64,000 nt of DNA from Bdellovibrionota bacterium (GCA_041740355.1 JBGSMD010000006.1:32001-96000), one strand, 5' to 3'; counted from the first letter of the stretch, positions 30,991 to 41,130 are shown. The notes: generated from the letters alone by a model not told the origin. Program-made: numbers and translations.

Positions 30991-31030
30991 CTGTAATATA
31001 ATACAGTAAGTACTGTAATATATTACAGTA
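30991..31030. promoter_or_regulatory. Two tandem palindromic operators (CTGT-N8-ACAG)
   Basis: ctgtaatataatacag (30991-31006) and perfect palindrome tactgtaatatattacagta (31011-31030), just upstream of the MNT start. Confidence 0.7.
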
Positions 31031-31345
31031 AAAGCCTCAATCCCTTTATAAGTCTTCAAAAATACCGTATATTTTTGAAGTGAGTGATTAAAAATTTACA
31101 AATTTAAAGTCGAATTAGGCAAAAGTGAGCCTGTCCAAGGAATCGCTATTTTGATCCGGCATGAAAAATAAAAAGTTTATTCGTTATTCGAGAGATTAGA
31201 CTGTTTGTTGTATTAAAAAAATTGATTTGCATGGAAGGAGTAGGATTATTTAATAAACAATAATCCCTTATGAGTTTCTTCAGTGAATTTACCGTTTGTA
31301 TACTAAAGGCCATAAGGTTTGAACCTGACGGCTTGCAAAAAAGCT

Positions 31346-31375
31346 TCCACCTTCGCTAAAGCTACGGCGGACAAG
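31346..31375 (+). repeat. Short REP-like palindromic repeat (cttcgctaaagctacgg family)
   Basis: tccaccttcgctaaagctacggcggacaag; reverse-strand copies at 40648-40706 and a partial copy at 57948-57966. Confidence 0.75.
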
Positions 31376-31422
31376 ATAAGCTTTTTCCGTTTATCGGGTT
31401 TTTAGTATATTTGTTTTCCCCA

Positions 31423-31546
31423 GCAGAAATGCTTGTAAAACAGGCCTTTCTGCCTTAGCGACCCCCTAGGGTCGCTACAAGTGCTTCGCACTTGATATAC
31501 TAGGCGACTGATTTATAACGGTAATTTTAAATGTCGCCTAGTATAT
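31423..31546. repeat. Cluster of four adjacent hairpins upstream of uvrB
   Basis: gcagaaa/tttctgc; tagcgaccc/gggtcgcta; caagtgc/gcacttg; atatactaggcgac/gtcgcctagtatat. Confidence 0.75.
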
Positions 31547-31571
31547 TTATTCAGTATTCAATTTAACTCTT

Positions 31572-33584
31572 ATGGCTAAGCGCGAATTCACACCTTCCCC
31601 TGGAAAATTTAAACTGGAATCTACCTTTGAGCCCAGAGGAGATCAGCCAACTGCGATTGCTGGTTTGATTGAAAGTGTTAATGCCAAAAACACTTATCAA
31701 ACACTTCTTGGTATTACTGGTTCAGGGAAGACTTATACCATCGCCAAGGTTATTGAATCCGTTAATCGTCCGGCACTTATTATTGCTCCTAACAAAACCT
31801 TAGCTGCCCAGCTCTATAATGAGTTTAGAGAATTCTTTCCAAGTAATAACGTGCATTATTTTGTCAGTTATTATGACTATTACCAACCAGAAGCTTACCT
31901 TCCAACTTCTGATACTTACATCGAAAAAGACTCTTCAATAAATCAGGAGATAGATAAATTACGCCATGCGGCTACACGCGCAATTCTAGAATCAAGAGAT
32001 ACGATCATTGTTGCCAGTGTTAGTTGTATTTATGGTTTGGGAGCTCCAGAAGAATATTTTAACTTAATGCTTTTTGTGGAAGATGGGGATCAAGTTGAAC
32101 GCGATCAAATCGTTCAGCAATTAGTTTACATGCAGTATCAGCGAAGTGATTTAGAATTTAAACGAGGTACTTTTAGGGTTCGCGGAGATGTAATTGATGT
32201 TTTCCCGGGAGATCAAGACACACTAGCCATCAGAATTGAATTATTTGGTGATGAAGTGGAAAGTCTTAGTTACATCGATCCACTCACTAGTAAGTTTTTA
32301 AAAAAAGTAAAAAAAGTTGCCGTTTATCCCCTAAGTCACTTCTTAACAAGTCAGGAGTCGGTGAAGAAAGCAATTGTAGCTATTAAGGATGAACTAAATG
32401 CTTGGCTTCCAGTCTTTCGAGCTCGCGGTAAAGGATTTGAAGCAGAGAGAATTAAACAGCGAACGCTTTATGACTTAGAATTATTTCAAGAAGTAGGATT
32501 TTGTCCGGGAGTTGAAAACTACAGCCGACATTTAGCTGGAAGGGATGCGGGGGAATCACCAACGACTTTAATCGATTATTTTCCCGATGACTTTTTAGTC
32601 ATTATCGACGAGTCTCATGTTACAGTCCCACAAATTGGTGGAATGTTTGCCGGAGATCGAGCACGGAAAACAAATCTTGTGGAGTATGGGTTTCGTTTGC
32701 CATCCGCATTAGATAATCGACCCCTAAATAGTGACGAGTTTTGGGATCGTGCAAAACAAGTAATCTTTGTCTCGGCAACTCCTGGGGATCGAGAATTAGA
32801 AAGATCTCAAGGCAAAACCTTTGCTCAGATTAATCGACCAACCGGATTATTAGATCCCGAAATTTCCATTCGTCCCGCTAAAAATCAAATTGACGATCTG
32901 ACCCATGAGATTCGCCTAACAATTGAAAGAGGGGAGCGAGTAATTGTTACTACGCTTACCAAGAAAATGGCGGAAGATTTAGCTACCTATTTTCGGGAGA
33001 TAGATATTAACTGCCGTTATTTACATTCCGATGTAAAGACAATTGAAAGGGTCGAGATCATTAGGGGTCTTAGAAAAGGGGACTTTGATGTTTTAATAGG
33101 AATTAATTTACTGCGAGAAGGACTAGATTTAGTTGAAGTAAGTTTAGTCGCGATTTTAGATGCCGATAAGGAAGGCTTTTTAAGGTCAGAACGTTCTTTA
33201 ATTCAAACAGTTGGAAGAGCAGCTAGAAACTTAAATGGTCGAGCCATTCTTTACGCGGATAAAATGACGGGATCAATTCAGGCAACCTTAGATGAGACAA
33301 ATCGCCGGAGATTAATTCAGGCGAAGTATAATCTGGAGAATAATATTACACCAGTTTCTGCTAAAAGTTCAGTAGATGCTTCTATTTTTGAATCATTAGC
33401 TGACCTATCAGATCTTGTAAATGATCATCAAGAATTACCAAAAGATCCGAAAGAAATTTTAAAATTAATTAATCTGCAAAGAGAAAAAATGTTTCAGTTT
33501 GCCGCCAAGAAAGAATTTGAAGAAGCTGCAAAGGTACGGGATTTGATCTTTAAACTAGAAGAACTTTTATTAATTGCCGAGTAG
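31572..33584 (+). CDS. uvrB: Excinuclease ABC subunit B
   Basis: GITGSGKT, FVSYYDYYQPEAY, DESH, GINLLREGLD, C-terminal UVR domain. Confidence 0.98.
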   Translation: MAKREFTPSPGKFKLESTFEPRGDQPTAIAGLIESVNAKNTYQTLLGITGSGKTYTIAKVIESVNRPALIIAPNKTLAAQLYNEFREFFPSNNVHYFVSYYDYYQPEAYLPTSDTYIEKDSSINQEIDKLRHAATRAILESRDTIIVASVSCIYGLGAPEEYFNLMLFVEDGDQVERDQIVQQLVYMQYQRSDLEFKRGTFRVRGDVIDVFPGDQDTLAIRIELFGDEVESLSYIDPLTSKFLKKVKKVAVYPLSHFLTSQESVKKAIVAIKDELNAWLPVFRARGKGFEAERIKQRTLYDLELFQEVGFCPGVENYSRHLAGRDAGESPTTLIDYFPDDFLVIIDESHVTVPQIGGMFAGDRARKTNLVEYGFRLPSALDNRPLNSDEFWDRAKQVIFVSATPGDRELERSQGKTFAQINRPTGLLDPEISIRPAKNQIDDLTHEIRLTIERGERVIVTTLTKKMAEDLATYFREIDINCRYLHSDVKTIERVEIIRGLRKGDFDVLIGINLLREGLDLVEVSLVAILDADKEGFLRSERSLIQTVGRAARNLNGRAILYADKMTGSIQATLDETNRRRLIQAKYNLENNITPVSAKSSVDASIFESLADLSDLVNDHQELPKDPKEILKLINLQREKMFQFAAKKEFEEAAKVRDLIFKLEELLLIAE

Positions 33585-33587
33585 TTA

Positions 33588-35441
33588 GTGACTGAGTCAA
33601 TGACCTTACTTTTTGACCAATTTAATGCCGGTGAGCGGGCCTTCTTAAATAACATGCCACGATCCTCCGGAGTTTACCTGATGAAAGATCAGGAAGCTAA
33701 AGTGGTCTATATTGGGAAAGCTAAAGATTTAAAAGTTCGTTTGAGTAGTTATTTTTTTGGAAGGGATGATCGCTATCAAATTAAATTTTTAATGCAGCGT
33801 GTCTATCAAATTCAAACGATTGTAACAGAAACTGAAGAGCAGTCGCTAATTTTAGAACGTGATTTAATCAATAAATATAAACCCCGTTATAACATTAGGC
33901 TAAAGGATGATAAAAATTACCTGAGTATTCGAGTTGATACTAATGCTGAGTGGCCGAGGGTAGAATTAGTGCGCCGAGTTGAAAATGATGGGGCAAAATA
34001 TTTTGGACCATATAGTTATAGTTATGAGGTTAGAGAATTAACGGAACTAATTCATCAAACAATTCCACTACGGACCTGTACTGATACGGTTTTTCACAAT
34101 CGTCAGCGTCCTTGTTTGGAATATCAAATTAAACGCTGTGCGGGGCCTTGTTGTTTAGCGGTTGATCCAAATCAATATGCTGATTGGGTGAAGCAAGCGA
34201 CTGCCTTGTTAAACGGACAAATCCAACCAATTGTGAAACAGTTAGAAACGCAAATGGAGCAGGCTAGTCAAAACTTATTTTTTGAAGATGCTGCTGTCGC
34301 TCGTGATCGAATTGAGATTTTAGAGAAGTTTAAACAAGGTCAGAAGTATATTTCTTCGGGGACTGAGAATCGCGATATCTTTGCCTTGTATCGCGAAGAA
34401 GGTTTGGCGGTAGTTGCTGTAATGCAGGTTCGTAATGGCAGAATTGCTTATAACAATAATTATCCTTTTGAATTAGTGGATTTGCCAGATGAGGATTTAA
34501 TGCAGTCAGTGATTGAGCAATATTATCTTGCTGGAAGGGATGTTCCAGAGGAGATTGTTTGTAATATCTTACCACTTAGTCCTGACTTTATTCAAAATCA
34601 TTTAAAGATTATTACTGGGCACAAAGTGCCAATTACAGAACCACAAAAAGGCTTGAAATTTCGTTTAGTTAATTTAGCTAAATTAAATGCTCAGAAATAT
34701 TTTGAGCTTAGATTTAACTCGGAGGTTGAATATCAAAATTTAGCACAAGAGTTAACAAAGCTTTGTAAACTAAAACAAGTACCACGCAGAATTGAGTGCC
34801 TCGATATTTCTAACTTGCAGGGGAGTGATATTGTCGGAGCAATTGTGAGCTTTTATGATGGCAAGCCAGATAAACAAAATTACCGCAAATATAAAATTAG
34901 CTTTCAGGATCAACCAAATGACTTTGCCGCCGTTAAGGAAGTGGTTAAACGTCGGATGCAATCAGCCATGGAAAATACTGATTTTCCAGATCTGCTAATT
35001 ATTGATGGTGGCCAAATCCAGCTTAAATATGCCATGGAAGCCTTGGATGAGTTAAAGATAAATCAGGAAATTATCTCCTTAGCTAAGGAGCGAGTTACTG
35101 AAGTTCGTAAATTTCGTGTTAGTAAGCCCGAAAGGATTTTCCTACCATATGCAACTACACCAATTGAACTACCAGCAGAACGTAAATTAACTAAGCTGAT
35201 TGCAGGTATTCGTGATGAAGTTCACCGATTCGTAATTACTTTTCACCGTACGCAAAGAGCTAAGCGGGTTTTTTCTTCAGCCTTGGATAATATTCCTGGA
35301 ATTGGAGCAAAGCGTAAAACATTACTGTTAAAAGCTTTTGGAAGTATTGAAGAAATTAAAAATGCTTCAATCGAAGAAATAGCTCAAACTGGTCGAATGA
35401 ATTTACAACTAGCGGAAACTTTACTGCAAAAATTGCGATAA
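33588..35441 (+). CDS. uvrC: Excinuclease ABC subunit C
   Basis: GIY-YIG (GVYLM...YIGKAKDL), Cys cluster, IECLDIS, IIDGG, RDEVHRF, HhH. Confidence 0.97.
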   Translation: MTESMTLLFDQFNAGERAFLNNMPRSSGVYLMKDQEAKVVYIGKAKDLKVRLSSYFFGRDDRYQIKFLMQRVYQIQTIVTETEEQSLILERDLINKYKPRYNIRLKDDKNYLSIRVDTNAEWPRVELVRRVENDGAKYFGPYSYSYEVRELTELIHQTIPLRTCTDTVFHNRQRPCLEYQIKRCAGPCCLAVDPNQYADWVKQATALLNGQIQPIVKQLETQMEQASQNLFFEDAAVARDRIEILEKFKQGQKYISSGTENRDIFALYREEGLAVVAVMQVRNGRIAYNNNYPFELVDLPDEDLMQSVIEQYYLAGRDVPEEIVCNILPLSPDFIQNHLKIITGHKVPITEPQKGLKFRLVNLAKLNAQKYFELRFNSEVEYQNLAQELTKLCKLKQVPRRIECLDISNLQGSDIVGAIVSFYDGKPDKQNYRKYKISFQDQPNDFAAVKEVVKRRMQSAMENTDFPDLLIIDGGQIQLKYAMEALDELKINQEIISLAKERVTEVRKFRVSKPERIFLPYATTPIELPAERKLTKLIAGIRDEVHRFVITFHRTQRAKRVFSSALDNIPGIGAKRKTLLLKAFGSIEEIKNASIEEIAQTGRMNLQLAETLLQKLR

Positions 35442-36128
35442 CTGATTCACTGCTAACTGAAATTTTAAAAATTGTTGATTAGCACCTGCTAATCGATAGC
35501 TCACATTCTTAGGAATTTGATTTAAGTTTTTGAGTCGTGTTGTTTGGCTAGGATGCTCTGAAACCCCATGTCCTGGTTGTAGTTCATAAAGACGATTAAT
35601 TGCGGAATAAGCAGCAGATATCGGACGATTAGTTGCAACCAGTAAGTTACTAGCCATTAAGTCAGCATTAAGCTCTTGTTCTAAATTTCCCTGTCTATTG
35701 GGATTGGCGCGCAAATCGCAATTCGTAATATGAGCATTTTCGTGTGCTAAGACAAAAAAGAGTTCGTCTTCTGAATTTAGTTTAGAAATTAAACCACTCG
35801 AAATTAAAATTTGTGCTTTGTTTGTTGTCAGAGCAAAAGGCTGTCGGCGGTCGGCAATTACGACGTTTGAAGGTTGTACGCACTTATGAGAATAAATTCG
35901 GGATAGTTTTTCTTGGATTTGTTGATTTAAGGCAAAAAGATAGCGCTTGGTCTCATAGTCATTAATAAATTCAAAACTTTTTTGATAAAATGCTTCTTCT
36001 GCTAGTGCGTTTGCAGATGTTGATTGGGCAGCGTCATCTTGAGTTGTAATATTAGTACAGGCGAAGAAATATGTAAGTATGGAACAGAATAAAATTAGTG
36101 GAAGAAAACGAAGAGGGGAGTGTCTCAT
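35421..36128 (-). CDS. M48-family metallopeptidase, probable lipoprotein
   Basis: FVLAHENAH zinc motif, ELNAD, HPS...R; likely start ATG 36128 with lipobox-like FFAC. Confidence 0.8.
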   Translation of the reverse strand: MRHSPLRFLPLILFCSILTYFFACTNITTQDDAAQSTSANALAEEAFYQKSFEFINDYETKRYLFALNQQIQEKLSRIYSHKCVQPSNVVIADRRQPFALTTNKAQILISSGLISKLNSEDELFFVLAHENAHITNCDLRANPNRQGNLEQELNADLMASNLLVATNRPISAAYSAINRLYELQPGHGVSEHPSQTTRLKNLNQIPKNVSYRLAGANQQFLKFQLAVNQLSQFLQ

Positions 36129-37633
36129 TGTTGCGTAAGATTTACCTTGTGTTCCAGAGAATAATATTAAAAGCGAAAAGACGCTATCCCTTGATCCTAC
36201 CAATTATACTGCTAGTTCTAATTCAGGAAATCAGTATTTCCGATCAGTGGACATTAATTTTATATATTGTCTCATTAATCTTCTTGCTTGTTCTTGTACG
36301 AACGGCCTACAGATTCGTCTTTATATTTGGCTTGCTACTTTTCGGATGGCTGACTGCTGAACATAGTAATCCAAATTTTGTTAGGCATTCTGCAAGCGGA
36401 GTGTTGGTTAAATTGGAAGCAAGTCCCAAGGTCCAAAAAGTTCGTGACTTGCAATTAAGTTTTCAGGTAATAGATCCTGGATCAGATTTGCAATTAGTAA
36501 AGAATGCGCGACTTTTTTGCCAAAGTGTTAGCTTAGTTGATAATAATGCTAACTTATTAGAGGCTAAACAACATTATTTAATTTCCGGCCAATTTGAGCC
36601 GTTAAGTTTAAATGCTGACAATGCCTATGAGCGAAATTTAATTCTCCGGGGCTATCAAGGCAAGTGTCGGATTAATTATTTAGCTCCACTAAGAGTAACA
36701 AATCGATCTGCTATTCAAAGAGTCAAAGATCGAATTCTTTTCCAAGCAGTTAGTAATAATATAATTGATGATTCACAAGCGCTGTTTTTATCAATGTCCA
36801 TTGGATTTGATGCCCAATTAAGCTTATCGCAGATTCAAACTTTTAAAGAGCTTGGTTTGGCCCACTTGTTGGTTGTTTCTGGATTTCAAGTCACTTTAAT
36901 TTTTTATTTCATTCAAGTAATTTTTTTAAAAATCTTACTAATCAGTCGCTGGTTAGCGTCTCATTTCAATCTAGCCGCATGGTCCAGTTGCGTAGCAATA
37001 ATTGTTAGCTATCACTATGCACTGCTAGTTGGCTTTGATAGTGCCTCAACTAGAGCAGTCATCGCCTTAGTCTTACTCGTGGTTACAAAAGTATTAGATC
37101 GCAATGTAAGTTTTCAAAATGTAATTCTTAGTACGTTTTTTATTGATTTAATCTTGAATCCCTACTGCTATCGACAGCCAGGATCTCAATTGACTTATTT
37201 TGCCTTGCTAGGGATTGCCTTGGGGCATCAGCCAGGGCTTGGAACTATTGCAAATTTAATACGTGTAAATTTCTGTACGACTATTTCCACAGGAATAATT
37301 AGTATAATCTGGTTTAATCAGTTTTACTTAGTAACTTTTTTTGCAAATTTACTAATTGCACCAATTGCTACCCTGGTAAGCTGCCAGCTAGGTTTTATAG
37401 CATTAATCTTACTTTATTTTGGTTATCATTGGCTGTTTGATTTCTGTGTTTTTTTAACTTCATATCTAAGTGAAGTTTCTAAAGTAGCCAGTGAGTTGTT
37501 TTCTCGAAATATTAGCAGCAGCTATCTTTTGTTAGGTTTAATTCTTCTTTGGTTTTTTATTTGTGGATATCGGATAGTACTTTATTATCGTACTTGTTTG
37601 TTGCGTCCGCACCTTTTTGGAAGCGCTAAATAA
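36098..37633 (+). CDS. comEC: ComEC/Rec2-family competence membrane protein (no C-terminal beta-lactamase domain)
   Basis: GLAHLLVVSGFQV, SASTRA, PGSQLTY motifs; true start may be TTG near 36131. Confidence 0.85.
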   Translation: MEENEEGSVSLLRKIYLVFQRIILKAKRRYPLILPIILLVLIQEISISDQWTLILYIVSLIFLLVLVRTAYRFVFIFGLLLFGWLTAEHSNPNFVRHSASGVLVKLEASPKVQKVRDLQLSFQVIDPGSDLQLVKNARLFCQSVSLVDNNANLLEAKQHYLISGQFEPLSLNADNAYERNLILRGYQGKCRINYLAPLRVTNRSAIQRVKDRILFQAVSNNIIDDSQALFLSMSIGFDAQLSLSQIQTFKELGLAHLLVVSGFQVTLIFYFIQVIFLKILLISRWLASHFNLAAWSSCVAIIVSYHYALLVGFDSASTRAVIALVLLVVTKVLDRNVSFQNVILSTFFIDLILNPYCYRQPGSQLTYFALLGIALGHQPGLGTIANLIRVNFCTTISTGIISIIWFNQFYLVTFFANLLIAPIATLVSCQLGFIALILLYFGYHWLFDFCVFLTSYLSEVSKVASELFSRNISSSYLLLGLILLWFFICGYRIVLYYRTCLLRPHLFGSAK

Positions 37634-37680
37634 CGCTTTTGTTAACAATTTTCTTTGGTTTACGAAAAGGGAAGAATGAA

Positions 37681-38637
37681 TTATCTAAAACTTAATTTAG
37701 AATGAAAGCTAAGTGGGGCAGCTTTTGGCGCAGCTTGTTGTTCAGATGGCTTGGAACACATGGCGTTAAAAAGATCATCGATTGAATTAATCTTATGATT
37801 TTTTACAGTAAAATGTTGAAAGTCATAATTAATTAAAACATTTTCCGGGCTAATTTGAGAAGCAATAATTCTGATTTTATTTTCATAGAAAGCACTCATC
37901 ATATTATCCAAAACGATAATTGTTTCTCCACTTGGAGAATGAATTACGGGGTAATTAGGAGGCAATACCTGTTGAATTAGACGTTGCATCTTTTGGAAGA
38001 TAGAAAGCGTTTGAGGAAAGCCAACTTCTTTTTCTAAGTCGCTAGAATTGATTAGTTTTAATCTTAAGATTTCCACTGAGCTAGCGCCAAGTTTATTTAA
38101 TAATTTTTCGGCACGAACGTAGAATTCAGCAAAATCTAAATTTTCAATTTTATTGGCATTGGAATTTTTTTCAAGCTCAATCACGCTAGAAATTAGTCCA
38201 GAAGCTTTTTGTAATGAAGCGCGAAGTTCCGTCGTAAAGAAATCTAAAGATGGACTGTCGCAATACAGCACAGGTGAGGCATCCAAGTTGTAAGTATCGG
38301 CATTCTCTCTTAAGATCGGTAAACCGATAATGCTTTGAACGGGACAATCGTAGTGATAGAAGCCGAGTGATCGAGCAGTATTGTTAAATGGTGAGGCACT
38401 TGCAGGCTGGTGGTTTTTAGAGATCCAACCAATAAATCCCGCTCCTGACTTGGAGAGGAAGCGACGATCTACTTTTTGGTCTGAAGCTAGGCCAGCTAAG
38501 CTAAGAACAGTGGAAGATTCTGCCTGTTCACCTTTTGGGTTTTTGATTGGATTGAAAATTAAGACACTCTGAGCGCCAGAGAAGTCCTTAATAAGTTCGG
38601 CAATTTGATCTAAATTATTGTTTAACTCTTGAGCCAT
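37681..38637 (-). CDS. GAF-domain protein with degenerate GGDEF-like C-terminal domain
   Basis: GAGFIGWISKNHQP...LGFYH...SIIGLPI GAF pattern; C-terminal alpha/beta domain lacks GGDEF. Confidence 0.6.
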   Translation of the reverse strand: MAQELNNNLDQIAELIKDFSGAQSVLIFNPIKNPKGEQAESSTVLSLAGLASDQKVDRRFLSKSGAGFIGWISKNHQPASASPFNNTARSLGFYHYDCPVQSIIGLPILRENADTYNLDASPVLYCDSPSLDFFTTELRASLQKASGLISSVIELEKNSNANKIENLDFAEFYVRAEKLLNKLGASSVEILRLKLINSSDLEKEVGFPQTLSIFQKMQRLIQQVLPPNYPVIHSPSGETIIVLDNMMSAFYENKIRIIASQISPENVLINYDFQHFTVKNHKINSIDDLFNAMCSKPSEQQAAPKAAPLSFHSKLSFR

Positions 38638-38752
38638 CGAAAAACTAAAAAAACCAATAGTACAAAAAATATTTATACTACAAATAGTTTAAAGTAAAAA
38701 GATGGTATTTAAAAAAAAGTGAAATTTTTTAATTAGATAGAAGCTGTTAACA

Positions 38753-38782
38753 CCTGAATTGATCATTTTGGATCAATTCAGG
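38753..38782. terminator. Hairpin directly downstream of the RNase E/G gene
   Basis: cctgaattgatc-attttg-gatcaattcagg 12-bp stem, 8 nt after the stop; no clear U-tract. Confidence 0.5.
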
Positions 38783-38790
38783 ATCTGGAA

Positions 38791-40341
38791 TTACTCTTCT
38801 TCTTGTTCTGCCAGTTCAATTTCCTGTTTTACAGGAGCTGATTTTGGAGGAGTCGGAGCCGATTCCATTTCAAACTCAACGGAATCTGGTAACAGACTGT
38901 TATCTGCTAAAATGTAGATCAGTGCACCGTATTGTTCTTCAAGTGCAACCAACTCTGATTTTTTATTATTCAAAATAAAAAGTGCCGGAGATGGGGAAAG
39001 ACGACATTTTACAATTCGAATTCCACCAACGATGATTGCCGACTGAATTTTTCGAAGTACCTCAAGCGCTACTACGCTGGCACTCTTGATAAATCCTCGC
39101 CCTTGGCAGTGTTGGCAGGTGATTGTGCTTTTTCCGATAATCGAAGCCCGGAGTCTCTGGCGAGACATCTCCAGCAAGCCAAATTTAGATAATTGTCCCA
39201 ATTCAATTCTGGCTTTATCGATCTTAACTGCCTCTTGCAGTTCTCTTTCCACCGCGGTGCGATTTTTTAGGCTAATCATATCAATAAAATCGATAACTAT
39301 TAGTCCACCAAGATCTCGTAGGCGCAATTGTCGAGCAATTTCGCGTGCAGCTTCTAAATTAGTACGGTAGGCAGTTTCTTCGATACCATCTCCCGAAGTT
39401 GACTTTCCGGAGTTAACATCAATTGCCACTAAAGCTTCAAGGGAATCAATCACAATTGAGCCCCCAGATTTTAAAGCTACTTCTCGCTTCATGGTATTCT
39501 CAACCTGACTATCAATGTTGTGTGTAGTGAAGATTGGTTGAGTATTGGCATAATGCTTCACACGGGAGCGATAGCGGGGCATGGTTTCACCAACGAAATT
39601 TTTCACTCTTTCATAAGTGTTATGATCGTCAATTAGGATTTCCCTGATTTCAGGAGTAAAATAATCTCGAATTACACGAATCGCTGAATCGCTTTCCTGA
39701 TAAAGCAGTGCAGGCATATCTTTGCTCTTAGAGTTGGTAATAATCTTCTCCCAAAGCTTTAATTGGATATCTAAGTCACGGCTTAAATCAGTTAATGATC
39801 GATCTATTCCAGCAGTACGGATAATCATACCCATGCCAGTTGGAAGCTCTAATTCAGAGTAGATCTTATTTAGTCTAGATCTTTGGCTAGATGATTTAAT
39901 TTTTTTAGACATTCCCGAGCTGTCTGAGCCAGGCATTAAAACGATATATCTTCCAGGAAGGGAAAGGTAAGTAGTAAGGGTGGCACCTTTAACTCCTCGT
40001 TCTTCTTTTACAACTTGAACAATAATCTCTTGTCCAGTTTTTAAAACTCTTTGAATTGGAATCTTCTGGTGTCGTTTTTTCTGGTAACTCTCATCTAGAA
40101 AGTAAGAGGGGTGAACATCATTGATTTGTAAGAAAGCATTACGCTTGGTTCCAATATCTATGAAAGCGGCCTGCAAACTAGGTTCAATTCGGGTAATTCT
40201 AGTTTTATAGATATTACCTTTAAGTTTTTTGTTAGCATTTATTGAATCTGATTGCAGTTCAACAAGTTCTTTGCCTTGCACGATAGCAATTCGCATATCT
40301 TCCGGGTGCAATGCATTAATAAGCATTTTTTGTGCGTCCAT
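38791..40341 (-). CDS. Ribonuclease E/G family endoribonuclease (catalytic domain only)
   Basis: GNIYK...EPSLQAAFID S1 domain, IDVNSG, RLRDLGGLIVIDFIDM, CxxC Zn-link. Confidence 0.95.
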   Translation of the reverse strand: MDAQKMLINALHPEDMRIAIVQGKELVELQSDSINANKKLKGNIYKTRITRIEPSLQAAFIDIGTKRNAFLQINDVHPSYFLDESYQKKRHQKIPIQRVLKTGQEIIVQVVKEERGVKGATLTTYLSLPGRYIVLMPGSDSSGMSKKIKSSSQRSRLNKIYSELELPTGMGMIIRTAGIDRSLTDLSRDLDIQLKLWEKIITNSKSKDMPALLYQESDSAIRVIRDYFTPEIREILIDDHNTYERVKNFVGETMPRYRSRVKHYANTQPIFTTHNIDSQVENTMKREVALKSGGSIVIDSLEALVAIDVNSGKSTSGDGIEETAYRTNLEAAREIARQLRLRDLGGLIVIDFIDMISLKNRTAVERELQEAVKIDKARIELGQLSKFGLLEMSRQRLRASIIGKSTITCQHCQGRGFIKSASVVALEVLRKIQSAIIVGGIRIVKCRLSPSPALFILNNKKSELVALEEQYGALIYILADNSLLPDSVEFEMESAPTPPKSAPVKQEIELAEQEEE

Positions 40342-40442
40342 TTGTGTAATCCTATGTGGTCGAGCAGATCCCTAGATGCCAAGCATTTGAGTTGGAATTT
40401 ATAATTTCTAGAATGAATATTAAGCGGGAAAGAAATCATTAT

Positions 40443-40586
40443 AAACCTTCTTGTTATCATTTTTGAAAATATCAAATAAAACATAGGAGGGTTTGGTGTT
40501 ATTTTCTACGGCAAAAAATGGCTGAGCCATTATTTTGCTCGCCCACTGGCATTCATTTTTGTCAAAAATGAACGCCAGTGGGTTTA
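40443..40586. repeat. Three-hairpin intergenic element, copy 2
   Basis: Same core and flanking aaacc/ggttt and ccca/tggg stems as 9500-9635. Confidence 0.8.
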
Positions 40587-40647
40587 CACTAAATTTCAAA
40601 AATCCTTACCAAGCATATTAAATATACGGCGAGTAAAAATACTCGGA

Positions 40648-40706
40648 CTGTCCTCCAAAGCTTTCTTGTCCTCCAAAGCCTTAGCGACGGAGGAAGCGAC
40701 GGAAGA
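40648..40706 (-). repeat. Nested pair of REP-like repeats
   Basis: ctgtcctccaaagcttt[cttgtcctccaaagccttagcgacggagga]agcgacggaaga. Confidence 0.75.
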
Positions 40707-40992
40707 TTTCCAGTTTTGTACCGCTAAAAACAACATAAATAGTGTTTCTTTCGATGCTTGATAAAGGCAAAGACTCTTTGATAACACTAAAATTGTCTAA
40801 CTATCGTGGAAACTGATCAACCAAAGATGTAACCATCCAAATTTCTATCGAAATTTAGCTATAAGTTACAATAAAATCTGTTAGTTAGCTTAATCTGATA
40901 AGCCAAACATAATCATATATTAAATGCACTGTTTAGACAAATGTTTTCTTTTTTGGAGTATTAATCCCCCGGAAAAGACAATTATACTTAAT

Positions 40993-41130
40993 AAGTCCCC
41001 AAAGTAATTTCCGTTCAGAATTACTTTTTGGGGCTTACTATCTTCCTGAGGGGTAATAAAATCATATGGTTATGATAAAAAACGCTAAAATTACTTTTAA
41101 ACATTTGGAAATCATTTTTTCATAAATATA
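40993..41130 (+). repeat. MITE-like two-hairpin repeat, copy B
   Basis: aagtccccaaagtaatttccgttcagaattactttttggggctt...aaaatcatatggttatga; colinear with copy A. Confidence 0.8.

Noticed and set aside
40596-40787. 63-aa minus-strand ORF
   Set aside because: Its repeated KALED peptides come from the nested palindromic repeat; no other coding support.
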